A stretch of DNA of 64,000 nt, from assembly GCA_030601675.1 (NCBI GenBank), contig JAUWBN010000005.1:848-64847 (forward strand). Reading direction: 5' to 3'. The notes under the pieces were generated by a model that had not been told where the DNA came from, made no database searches, and saw nothing but the letters and a program-made list of their open reading frames with translations. Each line of letters starts with the position of its first letter. Position 1 is the first letter of the stretch. The position numbers were made by a program, and so were the translations under genes. Positions 8,701 to 17,929 of this stretch are shown here, one piece after another. This DNA is from Hadesarchaea archaeon (lineage in GTDB: Archaea > Hadarchaeota > Hadarchaeia > Hadarchaeales > Hadarchaeaceae).

Positions 8701-9231
8701 ATGCCACCTGCAATAAGGGAAGAAGTAGAGGTGCCTGAAGGTGTAGAGCTCAAGCTCTCAGGCAAGACGATCGAGGTTAGTGGACCGAAGGGTAAGCTCG
8801 CACACAAATTCGATGTTCCCGGGGTCGAGCTGAAAATGGAGGGGCAAAAGATTTTGATTGAAATCCCATCCCCGCGTCGAAAGCGTCGAGCTGCGGTTGG
8901 CATGATTCGGGCCCGTCTGGCTAATATGTCCAAGGGCGTCACCAAGGGTTTTACCTACAAGCTTCGCGTGGTCTACTCGCATTTCCCGATCACGGTAAAA
9001 ATCGACGGCAAGCGCGTCCTGATCCAAAACTTTCTCGGTGAGCGGGCGCCTCGCGTGGCCAAAATTGTCGGTGACGTGGGCGTGGAAGTAAAGGAGGATG
9101 AAATAATCGTCCAAGGCATCAACAGGGACGAAGTCGGGCAAACTGCATTTAACATCGAGCAGGCGACCTTCATTAGGCATCGCGACCCACGCGTCTTCCA
9201 AGATGGTTGTTACATTGTGGAGAAGGCATGA
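8701..9231 (+). CDS. rpl6: 50S ribosomal protein L6 (uL6)
   Basis: 176 aa, 'YKLRVVYSHFPI', operon order. Confidence 0.92.
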   Translation: MPPAIREEVEVPEGVELKLSGKTIEVSGPKGKLAHKFDVPGVELKMEGQKILIEIPSPRRKRRAAVGMIRARLANMSKGVTKGFTYKLRVVYSHFPITVKIDGKRVLIQNFLGERAPRVAKIVGDVGVEVKEDEIIVQGINRDEVGQTAFNIEQATFIRHRDPRVFQDGCYIVEKA

Positions 9232-9620
9232 GAATGGCGAGGAAAAAACGCGCGCCAAAATTCAGACGTCAGGAATGGTTTAGGTTCGCAAAGCTCGGCG
9301 AGAAATGGCGCAGGCCCAGGGGGAGCGATAGCAAGATGCGCCTCGGTATAAGGGGCAAACCTGCGACAGTATCGGTCGGCTATCGATCACCGAGGAGCGT
9401 GCGGGGGGTACACCCTTCTGGACTCATTGAGGTTTTGGTACACGGCCCCCGCGACCTCGAAGGACTCGACGCGAAGAAGCAAGCAGTTCGGATAGCCTCG
9501 AGCGTCGGGGGACGGAAGCGAGAACAAATCTTGGCTAAAGCCAAGGAGCTCGGCATCAGGGTGCTAAATCCTGGAGGCGAAAAACGTGAAGTTGAGCACG
9601 CAACGCAGGCTGGCGGCTGA
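9228..9620 (+). CDS. rpl32e: 50S ribosomal protein L32e (eL32)
   Basis: 'FRRQEWFRFAKLGEKWRRPRG'. The ATG at 9228 overlaps the L6 stop (ATGA). The ORF-track start at 9207 would overlap L6. Confidence 0.9.
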   Translation: MRMARKKRAPKFRRQEWFRFAKLGEKWRRPRGSDSKMRLGIRGKPATVSVGYRSPRSVRGVHPSGLIEVLVHGPRDLEGLDAKKQAVRIASSVGGRKREQILAKAKELGIRVLNPGGEKREVEHATQAGG

Positions 9621-10035
9621 TATCCTCGACGTGGGCATCAACCGGGTTTGGATCGACCCCGCCCGAGGTACCGATGTTTCCGCCGCAATCTCACGTGAGG
9701 ATGTCAAGCGCTTGATCCGACAGGGCGCGATCAAAGCGAAACCAGAGCTAGGGATAAGCCGTGGAAGGTTCAGGCGGCGAATCGCCAAGCGGAGGCGAGG
9801 CAGACGGCGAGGCGTTGGAAGCAGGAAGGGTACGCAAAGAGCTAGGCAACCTAAAAAGGCCAGCTGGATCAGAACCGTGCGGCCGCTGCGCGCGAGGCTG
9901 CGCGAGCTCAAAGAGAAGGGAGTAATCAATCGGCACGAATATCGCAGGCTCTACCGAATGGTGAAGGGTGGGGCTTTCAAAAGCAGGGCCCATCTCGAAA
10001 CCCACCTCAAAGAGCGAGGACTCCTGAAGGGATGA
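9586..10035 (+). CDS. rpl19e: 50S ribosomal protein L19e (eL19)
   Basis: 'LSTQRRLAADILDVGINRVWIDP' and operon order. Confidence 0.92.
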   Translation: MKLSTQRRLAADILDVGINRVWIDPARGTDVSAAISREDVKRLIRQGAIKAKPELGISRGRFRRRIAKRRRGRRRGVGSRKGTQRARQPKKASWIRTVRPLRARLRELKEKGVINRHEYRRLYRMVKGGAFKSRAHLETHLKERGLLKG

Positions 10036-10634
10036 AGATGCCAAAGATCGGACCGCGTTGGAAGGTTCAGTTCAAGCGCAAGCGGGAGGGAAAAACCGAC
10101 TACAGGCGTAGGCTAAGGCTCCTGCGCTCGGGCAGACCACGGCTGGTGACGAGAATCTCGCTGAAGCATGTCATCGCCCAATTCGTGCGTGCGACCCCCA
10201 GCGGGGATCTCACCCTTGCCTCAGCGCACTCGAAGGAACTCGAGAAGCTCGGGTGGAAAGGGTACACCGCAAATACCCCTGCGGCCTACCTCGTGGGGCT
10301 GCTCTGCGGATACCGCGCGCTGAAGACCGGGATGAAGGAGTGTGCTTTGGATCTCGGGAGGTACAACCCAGTCTCCCAAGCTAAAGTTTTCGCCGTGCTC
10401 AAGGGGGCGCTCGACGCCGGCCTACAAATTCCCCATGGTGAAGGGGTCTTACCAAGCGATGAGCGGATACGCGGGGAGCACATCGCCAAGTACGCCACGA
10501 AGCTGAAGGAGGAGAACGAAAAAATGTATCGCGCCAGATTCTCCGCCTACCTCCAACGCGGGCTGACACCGGAGCAGCTACCACAGCACTTTAATGAAAT
10601 CAAGCGGGCAATAGTTACGCAGTTCGGTGGGTAA
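10032..10634 (+). CDS. rpl18: 50S ribosomal protein L18 (uL18)
   Basis: 'FKRKREGKTDYRRRLRLL' and operon order. Confidence 0.92.
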   Translation: MKMPKIGPRWKVQFKRKREGKTDYRRRLRLLRSGRPRLVTRISLKHVIAQFVRATPSGDLTLASAHSKELEKLGWKGYTANTPAAYLVGLLCGYRALKTGMKECALDLGRYNPVSQAKVFAVLKGALDAGLQIPHGEGVLPSDERIRGEHIAKYATKLKEENEKMYRARFSAYLQRGLTPEQLPQHFNEIKRAIVTQFGG

Positions 10635-11355
10635 AATGCGGGGTAAAATGCGGGGTAAAACGCGGAAAAAACCGATGCGAGAGGAATTCGACATCAACCT
10701 ATGGCAGCCTCGGACGAGCATGGGGCGGGCGGTAAAGGAAGGACAGATAACCGAAATATCCCAAATCCTGCGCCAAGGGAGGCCGATCAAGGAGCCTGAG
10801 ATCGTCGATGCCCTCGTGCCAAATCTCGAGGATGATATCCTGGGGGTGAGCTTGGTCCAGCGGATGCACGAGTCGGGACGCCGAGTTAAATATCGCGTGA
10901 TTACCGCGGTCGGAAATCGAGACGGGATCGTCGGAGTTGGGCACGCGAGCACGCGCGAAATCGGTCCCTCCATACGAAAGGCCGTTGTCACGGCGAAGCT
11001 AAACATCGTGGAGGTCGCTCGGGGCTGCGGGAGCTGGGAGTGTGCCTGCGGGCGGCCTCATTCGATCCCGTTCGAGGTCACAGGGAGAAGCGGCAGCGTC
11101 CACATGACGATAAAACCGGCGCCGCGCGGGCTTGGGTTGGCAGCGGCCGAAGTCCCGAAGACAATTCTCCGGATGGCCGGAATCGAGGACGCTTGGATAC
11201 ACTCGCGCGGGCAGACGCGCACGACGCTCAACTTCGCCCTCGCTGCCTTTGACGCACTCAAGCAGACCACGAGGGTAGCCCTGCGGGAGCTCCATAAGGA
11301 GCACGTTCTCATCGGAAAGGTCGGTGAAGTAGGTGGCCAAGTTAGCAGTAGTTAG
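10627..11355 (+). CDS. rps5: 30S ribosomal protein S5 (uS5); true start uncertain (10636, 10648 or 10675)
   Basis: 'WQPRTSMGRAVKEG', 'GVGHASTREIGPSIRKA', operon order. The N-terminal 'MGKMRGKMRGK' is encoded by the tandem repeat. Confidence 0.9.
   Translation: MGKMRGKMRGKTRKKPMREEFDINLWQPRTSMGRAVKEGQITEISQILRQGRPIKEPEIVDALVPNLEDDILGVSLVQRMHESGRRVKYRVITAVGNRDGIVGVGHASTREIGPSIRKAVVTAKLNIVEVARGCGSWECACGRPHSIPFEVTGRSGSVHMTIKPAPRGLGLAAAEVPKTILRMAGIEDAWIHSRGQTRTTLNFALAAFDALKQTTRVALRELHKEHVLIGKVGEVGGQVSSS
10629..10664 (+). repeat. Three tandem copies of a 12-bp unit (GGGTAAAATGCG x2, GGGTAAAACGCG) at the L18 stop / S5 start junction
   Basis: Read directly from the sequence. The first unit contains the L18 TAA. 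Confidence 0.9.
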
Positions 11356-11800
11356 GGTGCGCGGCAGCGTGAACGTGCGGCGCGATGTGATAGAGACGAT
11401 GCGGATGCTGGGCCTGACGCGCGTCAACCATTGTGTCGTGATCGATGATGTCCCCACCTACCGCGGGATGCTGCAGAAGGCGAAGGACATGCTCACGTGG
11501 GGGGAGGTCGAGCAGAAGGTGTTGGAGCAACTCATCCGAAAACGTGGTAGGCTAGCCGGTGACAAGCGCTTGACCGATGAATTCGTCAAATCTCAAACTT
11601 CTTTCCAATCGTTAAGCGAGTTTGCCACCGCGGTACATGCGGGTGAGGCTGAGCTCAAAGCGCTCCCCGGATTGAAGAAAGTTTTCAGGCTTCACCCGCC
11701 GCGAAAGGGGTATAAAGCAACCAAGCGTCCGTTTAAGGATTTTGGCGATCTGGGCTACCGCGGCGAGCGGATCAACGAACTCATCCTCGGAATGATTTAG
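11333..11800 (+). CDS. rpl30: 50S ribosomal protein L30 (uL30)
   Basis: 'LAVVRVRGSVNVRRDVIETMRMLGL' and operon order. Confidence 0.92.
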   Translation: MAKLAVVRVRGSVNVRRDVIETMRMLGLTRVNHCVVIDDVPTYRGMLQKAKDMLTWGEVEQKVLEQLIRKRGRLAGDKRLTDEFVKSQTSFQSLSEFATAVHAGEAELKALPGLKKVFRLHPPRKGYKATKRPFKDFGDLGYRGERINELILGMI

Positions 11801-11809
11801 GTGTTTTGA

Positions 11810-12250
11810 ATGGTGGTACGAAGGCGACGAAAGGTACGGAAACAACGAGGCACGAGAACTTACGGAAGGGGCTGCTCGAAGCGTGGACGAGGGAGCGGGG
11901 AGAAGGGCGGCAAGGGACTCAGCGGAGGACACAAGCATAAGTGGTCCTATGTGCTCAAACACATGCCCGAGCATTTCGGAAAGCATGGATTCACGCGCCC
12001 GCTCGCGGCGAGGAGGGAAATCAGCTCGATCAACGTCGGTGAACTCGATGAGCGCCTCGACGAACTCCTGCAGCAAGGCATCGCCAAACGCGAGGAGGAG
12101 CGGATCGTGGTCGACGTCAAGAAGCTCGGTTTTGAGCGAGTGCTCGGCGGGGGGCGCGTCACCCATTCCATCGAGGTCATCGCGAAGGAATTTGTTGGGT
12201 CGGCGAAGCGGAAACTCGAGGAAGCGGGCGGCAAGGCGATCGCAGGGTGA
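11810..12250 (+). CDS. rpl15: 50S ribosomal protein L15 (uL15)
   Basis: 'RKQRGTRTYGRG...GGHKHKW' and operon order. Confidence 0.92.
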   Translation: MVVRRRRKVRKQRGTRTYGRGCSKRGRGSGEKGGKGLSGGHKHKWSYVLKHMPEHFGKHGFTRPLAARREISSINVGELDERLDELLQQGIAKREEERIVVDVKKLGFERVLGGGRVTHSIEVIAKEFVGSAKRKLEEAGGKAIAG

Positions 12251-13608
12251 AGGCGATGGAACAGCCTGAGAAGCCGCGGTCCAGACTTTACGCGCTCGAG
12301 CCCCTCGTACGGAAACTCCCTGAGGTCGCGATCCCAAAGCGGCACGTTTCCTTCAGGGAAAAGTTCATGTGGACGGGGATAGCCCTCATCGCCTTTTTCG
12401 TGTTGACTCAGGTAACGCTCTACGGGATGGCCCCCGAAGCTGGGCGGACCCCCTTCTTCGGGCAGCTACGATTCATACTTGCCAGCCATGCGGGGAGCCT
12501 GATGGAGCTCGGCATCGGCCCCATCGTCACCGCGGGCATCATCATGCAATTGCTGGTCGGAAGCAAGATAATTGGGCTTGACCTGAGCCAGTCCGAAGAC
12601 CGCGCCCTCTTCACCGGCATCCAAAAATTTGGGGCGATCGTCATGGGCGTCTTCCAAGCATCGATGCTCGTGATCTCGGGATGGTACGGAGTCGGCTTCG
12701 GCTCGAGCGCAGGCATTTTCATCATTGTTCAGCTCGCGATAGGGGTGATCATTGTAGTATATCTCGACGAACTGGTCTCGAAATACGGGTTCGGAAGTGG
12801 AATCAGCCTCTTCATCGTGGCTGGTGTGGCGGGGACGATTTTTTGGCAGGCCCTCAACCCACTGCAGGTCGGTGGTCAATTTTCGGGTGCGATCCCCAAC
12901 CTCATCGGAACCATGATCGGAGGGGGCAACATCTCCGATGCGTTCTTCAGGGGAGGGTTCCCGAACATGATGGGCATCTTCGCCACCATCATCGTCTTCT
13001 TCATCGTCATCTACGCCGAAAGCATGCGGATCGAGATCCCCCTCGCCTACGGACGCTTTGGGGGCATCCGAGGGCGCTACCCGATAAAGTTCCTGTACAC
13101 CTCGGTTATACCTGTGATTCTCGCGATGGTGGTGTTCGCAAACATCAGAATGTTGGGGATGGTCTTTCCCCCTCTAGAAGGGGTTTCCTATTACCTTAGT
13201 GCCCCGAACGGCATCTTTGCCGTGCTGGCCGACCCCATCCGGGCTGGGATCTACATATCGGTTTTAGCCTTGCTATGTATGGGCTTCGCCTGGATGTGGG
13301 CAAACATGACGGGGATGGGACCCCGTGATGTGGCGCAGCAGCTCGATCGATCTGGAATGCTCATCCCCGGCTTCCGTCGCGATATAAGAGTGATGGAGTG
13401 GGTGCTGAGCCGGTACATCATGACGGCCGCACTGCTCGGAGGGGTGTTCGTCGGGGTGATTTCCGCAGTTGCCGATTTTATGGGAGCCTTGGGCAGCGGC
13501 ACCGGGATTTTGCTGACCGTTGGCATTATGTATAGCCTTTACCAAGAGATAGCGAAGGAGCGCGTGGCGGAGATGTTCCCGGCGATGAGGAGGTTATTTG
13601 GTGAATAA
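12247..13608 (+). CDS. secY: Preprotein translocase subunit SecY
   Basis: 453 aa, multi-TM, follows L15 as in all archaea. Confidence 0.93.
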   Translation: MKAMEQPEKPRSRLYALEPLVRKLPEVAIPKRHVSFREKFMWTGIALIAFFVLTQVTLYGMAPEAGRTPFFGQLRFILASHAGSLMELGIGPIVTAGIIMQLLVGSKIIGLDLSQSEDRALFTGIQKFGAIVMGVFQASMLVISGWYGVGFGSSAGIFIIVQLAIGVIIVVYLDELVSKYGFGSGISLFIVAGVAGTIFWQALNPLQVGGQFSGAIPNLIGTMIGGGNISDAFFRGGFPNMMGIFATIIVFFIVIYAESMRIEIPLAYGRFGGIRGRYPIKFLYTSVIPVILAMVVFANIRMLGMVFPPLEGVSYYLSAPNGIFAVLADPIRAGIYISVLALLCMGFAWMWANMTGMGPRDVAQQLDRSGMLIPGFRRDIRVMEWVLSRYIMTAALLGGVFVGVISAVADFMGALGSGTGILLTVGIMYSLYQEIAKERVAEMFPAMRRLFGE

Positions 13609-14176
13609 AGTGGTCGTCGTGACGGGCGTGCCAGGAGTTGGGAAAAGCACGGTCATCGATGGTGCGCTGAAGCAGCTCAAGGCTCAGGGTGTCGAGTACG
13701 GCTTCATGAACTACGGCGACATCATGCTCGACCTTATGCGCGAGCGCGAGGGGGTGACCAATCGCGATGAGATGCGGAAGGTCTCGACGGGCCCCTACCG
13801 CGAGATCCAGCGCGAGGCTGCCAAGCGAATCGCGGGCGCTGCCGGGAAAAACCCAATTCTCGTCGATACCCACTGCTTGGTCAAGAAACCCGAGGGGTAC
13901 TACCCAGGCCTGCCCCGCTGGGTGCTCGAGGAGCTCAAGCCCGAATCGATCGTGATAATCGAGGCGACTCCTGAAGAGGTCGCGGGACGGCGCACCAAGG
14001 ACGCTGCCCGTCGACGGGATAAAGAACTCTTGGATGAAGTCATGGAACATCAACTTTTAAACCGCGCCTCTGCAACGGCATATGCGGTACTCACGGGCGC
14101 GACGGTGAGGATAATTCATAATAGGGATGGAAAACTCAGTAAAGCAGTGAAGGAAATGGTCGAGGCATTGAGGTGA
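13601..14176 (+). CDS. adkA: Adenylate kinase, archaeal type
   Basis: P-loop 'VVTGVPGVGKST' and position after secY. Start is one of 13598, 13601 or 13610. Confidence 0.9.
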   Translation: MNKVVVVTGVPGVGKSTVIDGALKQLKAQGVEYGFMNYGDIMLDLMREREGVTNRDEMRKVSTGPYREIQREAAKRIAGAAGKNPILVDTHCLVKKPEGYYPGLPRWVLEELKPESIVIIEATPEEVAGRRTKDAARRRDKELLDEVMEHQLLNRASATAYAVLTGATVRIIHNRDGKLSKAVKEMVEALR

Positions 14177-14180
14177 ACCC

Positions 14181-15008
14181 GTGCGCCGAATACTCGTCTG
14201 CCCGCTAATCGCCGTCCTCCTGCTCGCGAGCTTTGTGACAATCGTTGGTGCGGAGGGGGCGGAGGATGAGCAGGAAACGTACAAGCAGCTGTTGCAGACC
14301 ATAGACAGCTCCATCGTATCCCTCAGGCAGGGGGGCAGTGCATCGGGAGGTTTGAGCCGAGCCCAAACGCTCTACAACAACCTCGTCGAGAACGAGAATT
14401 TTGACGATCGTCCGGAGCTCATAGAGATAGACAATCGAATAAAAACCCAAGCTCTTGACAATGACGATTGGCGAGAATCGGCCAGAGAGGCGGATATCCG
14501 GAACCTGCGCTCGGACATCTCGCTGATGGCTAACAAGCTCGGGATTGGGCTATCTACAATCTACGGGCACGCGTTATTCGTCATCCTCGGGATCGGGGTA
14601 TTCATTTCCCTTCTCATCACGCTTATAACTCGACGTGTCGTGAACTGGGAGCGGATGAGGCAGATTAAGGCCGAGGTATCTGAATTTCAGAAGGAGCTCC
14701 GCGATGCCCGGAGCAAGCGGGACACGAAGCGCATGTACAAGCTCCAGCAGGATCAAAAACGGATTCTCTCGCTCCAGGGACAGATGATGAAGGAAAATTT
14801 CAAACCCATGATTTTCTACATCGTGCCCTACCTCATCTTCTGGTTCATCCTATCCGGCATATACTCGGGATGGGTCGTGGCATGGCTCCCCTTCCGCCTG
14901 GATCTCTACTTCTTCGGCACATGGGTTTCCTGCGGCTTCCTGAGCTGGTATCTCCTCACCTACTTCGGGTTCTCCCAGATCTGGCGAAAATTGCTCATCC
15001 GTGAGTAG
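14181..15008 (+). CDS. DUF106 / EMC3-YidC-like membrane insertase homologue with extended N-terminal secreted region
   Basis: Signal-like 'MRRILVCPLIAVLLLASFV'. The coiled 'EVSEFQKELRDARSKRD...LQQDQKR' followed by TM helices is typical of DUF106. Conserved position after adk. Confidence 0.75.
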   Translation: MRRILVCPLIAVLLLASFVTIVGAEGAEDEQETYKQLLQTIDSSIVSLRQGGSASGGLSRAQTLYNNLVENENFDDRPELIEIDNRIKTQALDNDDWRESAREADIRNLRSDISLMANKLGIGLSTIYGHALFVILGIGVFISLLITLITRRVVNWERMRQIKAEVSEFQKELRDARSKRDTKRMYKLQQDQKRILSLQGQMMKENFKPMIFYIVPYLIFWFILSGIYSGWVVAWLPFRLDLYFFGTWVSCGFLSWYLLTYFGFSQIWRKLLIRE

Positions 15009-15009
15009 C

Positions 15010-15276
15010 ATGCCGGCGCGAAGGTACCGCTCGGGGAGATATAAACAGCATTTCGTCCGCACGCCCGGAGGGCGAACCATCGCGCACTATAAGGAGGAGC
15101 GGGCGGGGGTGGCGAGATGCGCCTCCTGTGGGCGCTCGCTTGGAGGCGTTCCTCGAGCGAGGCCGAGCGAACTGCGATCCCTGTCCCGCAGCTCCCGTAG
15201 GCCGAATCGCCCCTACGGTGGTTACCTCTGCCCGGCCTGCGCGCGCCAAGCGATCAAAGAAGCTGCCCGAGCGTGA
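15010..15276 (+). CDS. rpl34e: 50S ribosomal protein L34e (eL34)
   Basis: 'RYRSGRYKQHFVRTPGGR...CASCG...YGGYLCPAC'. Confidence 0.9.
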   Translation: MPARRYRSGRYKQHFVRTPGGRTIAHYKEERAGVARCASCGRSLGGVPRARPSELRSLSRSSRRPNRPYGGYLCPACARQAIKEAARA

Positions 15277-15280
15277 ACGA

Positions 15281-15817
15281 ATGGTGATCGTTGCCATAAG
15301 CGGTTTGCACGGGGCGGGCAAGACGACGGCCGCGCGGGCGCTAATGAGAAAATTCAAACTCCGTTATGTCTGTGCTGGGACCGTCTTCAGGCAGCTCGCC
15401 AAAGAGCGAGGGATGACGCTTGATGAGTTCTCGCGCCACGCCGAGCACCACCCCGAAATCGACCGCATGATCGATCGTCGCACCGCCGAGGCCGCAAAGG
15501 AGGATGGGGTGCTCATCGATGCCCGCCTCGCCGGGTGGATGGCCAAACAGGCAAACCTGAAAATCCTGCTCACCGCCCCGCTCAAAGAAAGGGTTCAGCG
15601 AATAGCTCGTCGGGAAGGGCGGAAGTTCAAAGAGGTGCTCCGAGAAACGATGAAGCGGGAGCGGAGCGAGGCCAAACGCTTCAAGCGATTTTATGGGATA
15701 AACGTCAACGATCACTCTCCCTTTGATCTGGTGCTGAACACCGAACGTCTCTCGCCCCGCGAAACGGCGCGGATGCTCGAGCTCGCGGTCGAACTCATCG
15801 CGAAACGGAGGTCGTGA
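15281..15817 (+). CDS. cmk: Cytidylate kinase (archaeal Cmk)
   Basis: 'MVIVAISGLHGAGKTT' P-loop start at the ATG at 15281. The longer ORF-track start (15128) would overlap L34e. Confidence 0.88.
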   Translation: MVIVAISGLHGAGKTTAARALMRKFKLRYVCAGTVFRQLAKERGMTLDEFSRHAEHHPEIDRMIDRRTAEAAKEDGVLIDARLAGWMAKQANLKILLTAPLKERVQRIARREGRKFKEVLRETMKRERSEAKRFKRFYGINVNDHSPFDLVLNTERLSPRETARMLELAVELIAKRRS

Positions 15818-15818
15818 G

Positions 15819-16103
15819 ATGGTCATGGAAGTCGGGCGGGTCTGCGTGAAACTCGTGGGGCACGAGGCTGGCAAGCGGTGCGTCGTCGTGGACGTGCTCG
15901 ACAGCGTCTACGTGGTGGTTAGCGGCCCCGGGGTCAAACGGCGCCGATGCAACATCGCACACCTCGAACCCCTCGAGCAAAAAGTTGAAATCGCGAAGGG
16001 AACCTCAGATGAAGATGTCAGGCGCGCGCTCGAGGCAGCGGGTTTGGTAAAAACAGAAAAGCCACCGGAGAAGCCTCCTGAGTCCAAAGAGGGCGCCGCC
16101 TAG
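15819..16103 (+). CDS. rpl14e: 50S ribosomal protein L14e (eL14)
   Basis: KOW-like 'VGRVCVKLVGHEAGKRCVVVDV' and operon order after cmk. Confidence 0.85.
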   Translation: MVMEVGRVCVKLVGHEAGKRCVVVDVLDSVYVVVSGPGVKRRRCNIAHLEPLEQKVEIAKGTSDEDVRRALEAAGLVKTEKPPEKPPESKEGAA

Positions 16104-16125
16104 CATTTGGTCATAGGTGTTTTAA

Positions 16126-17112
16126 GTGGGCAGGCTACCTTCCGATATTAAGCGTGAGGTTCTAGTTCGGGCTCAAGCTATGACTGACCCCAGCCATGGA
16201 TGTGAACCAAACAAGCGCCCAATTCGTGAACACCTGCGCTTGGGCATTATAAACCTCGACAAACCGACCGGACCCACCTCGCACGAGGTCGTCGCCTGGG
16301 TGAAGCGTGTGCTCGAGGTTCAGCGCGGGGGGCACGGGGGGACGCTCGACCCGAAGGTAAGCGGGGTGCTGCCGACAGCGCTCGAGGATGCGACGAAAAT
16401 TGTTCAGACGTTGCTGCCCGCTGGCAAGGAATACATCTGCGTGATGCACTTGCACGGTGAGGTACCTCAGCACCGCCTCGATCAGGTACTGCGGGAATTT
16501 GAGGGGGAGATTTACCAACGCCCCCCGCTTCGAGCCGCCGTGAAGCGGCAGCTCCGGGCACGGCGGATTTATTACATCGAACCGCTTGAGCGGGAAGGTA
16601 GAGACGTGCTCGTGCGCGTGGGGTGCGCGGCGGGAACCTACATGCGAAAGCTCTGCTTCGACATAGGAGAGGCCCTGGGTTGTGGAGCCCATATGCGTGA
16701 GCTTCGCCGGACGCGGACGGGACCATTTCGCGAGGGCGGGGCTCTGATCAAACTACACGACCTTGCCGATGCCTATGCCTTCTGGCGGGAGGATGGCGAT
16801 GAAGAGCACCTGCGCGAGGTCATTTTGCCCGTCGAAGCTGCAGTTGAACATCTGCCCAAACTTGTCATTAGAGATGGGGCCGTCGATGCGCTCTGCCACG
16901 GCGCCAGCCTCGCGGCTCCAGGGGTACTCACGATTGAGACAGGGGTCTCGCCCGATGATCTCGTGGCGCTGATGACGCTGAAGGGTGAACTCATCTCGCT
17001 GGCCCGTGCGACCATGACCTCAAAACAGATTTACGAGGCCGAGCACGGGATCGTCGCGAAGCCTGAGCGCGTGGTGATGTCGCCCGGCACATACCCGCGG
17101 AAATGGAAATAA
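16126..17112 (+). CDS. cbf5: H/ACA RNP pseudouridine synthase Cbf5 (TruB family with PUA domain)
   Basis: 'GIINLDKPTGPTSHEVVAWVK', 'GHGGTLDPKVSGVL', 328 aa. Confidence 0.92.
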   Translation: MGRLPSDIKREVLVRAQAMTDPSHGCEPNKRPIREHLRLGIINLDKPTGPTSHEVVAWVKRVLEVQRGGHGGTLDPKVSGVLPTALEDATKIVQTLLPAGKEYICVMHLHGEVPQHRLDQVLREFEGEIYQRPPLRAAVKRQLRARRIYYIEPLEREGRDVLVRVGCAAGTYMRKLCFDIGEALGCGAHMRELRRTRTGPFREGGALIKLHDLADAYAFWREDGDEEHLREVILPVEAAVEHLPKLVIRDGAVDALCHGASLAAPGVLTIETGVSPDDLVALMTLKGELISLARATMTSKQIYEAEHGIVAKPERVVMSPGTYPRKWK

Positions 17113-17153
17113 TTGAAACTAATTAACTCAACACTCACGCTGACTTCTCAGTG

Positions 17154-17167
17154 AAAGCGGATATAAC
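17154..17167 (+). promoter_or_regulatory. Candidate BRE/TATA element for tRNA-Ser
   Basis: 'AAAGCGGATATAAC' is centred about 29 nt upstream of the tRNA 5' end. Confidence 0.3.
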
Positions 17168-17191
17168 CCAAAAAGCTAGAGTTAGATTCGG

Positions 17192-17279
17192 GCCGGGGTA
17201 GCCTAGCCAGGTAAGGCGCGAGCTTGGAGAGCTCGTGGTCCTTTGGGCCTCGAGGGTTCGAATCCCTTCCCCGGCGCCA
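17192..17279 (+). tRNA. tRNA-Ser (anticodon GGA), class II with long variable arm, CCA encoded
   Basis: Hand-folded cloverleaf. Acceptor GCCGGGG/CCCCGGC. Anticodon stem CGAGC/GCTCG with loop TTGGAGA. Variable arm GGTCC-TTT-GGGCC. T-loop TTCGAAT. Confidence 0.9.
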
Positions 17280-17341
17280 CCTTTCGAACGACTTAATAGG
17301 TGCCTCAACAAAATTCAAGAAAGACCTAGTTGGCGATTCGA

Positions 17342-17929
17342 ATGCCCGAGGAATTCAAGCACATCGTGCGACTCGCGGGGAAGGACCTGACTGGCGAGAA
17401 GCGAGTCCAGCTGGCGCTAGCCGACCTAAAAGGCGTGAATTTGAACTTCGCCCGGGCCGTGGCCTACGCCGCAGATGTAGACCCGTTTGTAAAAATAGGT
17501 GGCCTGAACAAGGAGCAGGTCGAACGCCTGGGAAAAGTCCTCAAAGACCCGGCCGAACACGGGATCCCTAGCTGGATGCTTAGCCGGCGGAAGGACTACG
17601 AAACCGGGAAGGACCTCCACCTCGTGGGTGGAGATGTGGCGATGGCGACGCGCACCGATATCGGGCGCGAGCGCCGAATTCGAAGCCGCCGAGGCATTAG
17701 ACATGAGCTTGGCCTGACCGTGCGAGGGCAGCGCACCCGTACTACGGGGAGAAAGGGCCTCGTCGTGGGTGTGCAGCGTAAGGAAGTCCGCATACGCGAG
17801 GAAGCCGCGAAGGCTGAGAGGGGCAGGCGAGGACGGAGGGCGGAGAAGGGAGAGGAGAAGGAAGAGAAAAAAGTCGAAGGGGAGAAAAAAGTTGAGGGGA
17901 AGAAAGAAAAAGTTGAGGAGAAGAAATAA
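17342..17929 (+). CDS. rps13: 30S ribosomal protein S13 (uS13) with Lys/Glu-rich C-terminal tail
   Basis: 'FKHIVRLAGKDLTGEKRV' and operon order. Tail 'EKGEEKEEKKVEGEKKVEGKKEKVEEKK'. Confidence 0.92.
   Translation: MPEEFKHIVRLAGKDLTGEKRVQLALADLKGVNLNFARAVAYAADVDPFVKIGGLNKEQVERLGKVLKDPAEHGIPSWMLSRRKDYETGKDLHLVGGDVAMATRTDIGRERRIRSRRGIRHELGLTVRGQRTRTTGRKGLVVGVQRKEVRIREEAAKAERGRRGRRAEKGEEKEEKKVEGEKKVEGKKEKVEEKK

Noticed and set aside
11612-12337. 241-aa minus-strand ORF opposite L30, L15 and the secY start
   Set aside because: Same antisense high-GC artefact. It overlaps three conserved operon genes.
15128-15280. Long N-terminal extension of cmk (ORF-track start 15128); similarly 58060-58143 for S3Ae, 27084-27167 for ribH and 19840-19908 for the oxidoreductase
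   Set aside because: The extensions overlap upstream genes or add non-conserved sequence. Internal ATG codons coincide with the conserved protein N-termini and, for ribH, with a GGAGGTG ribosome-binding site.
17113-17191. SRP 7S RNA, sometimes linked to tRNA-Ser in archaea
   Set aside because: The gap is only 79 nt, far too short for a ~300-nt 7S RNA. No other unassigned gap in the window exceeds ~270 nt.
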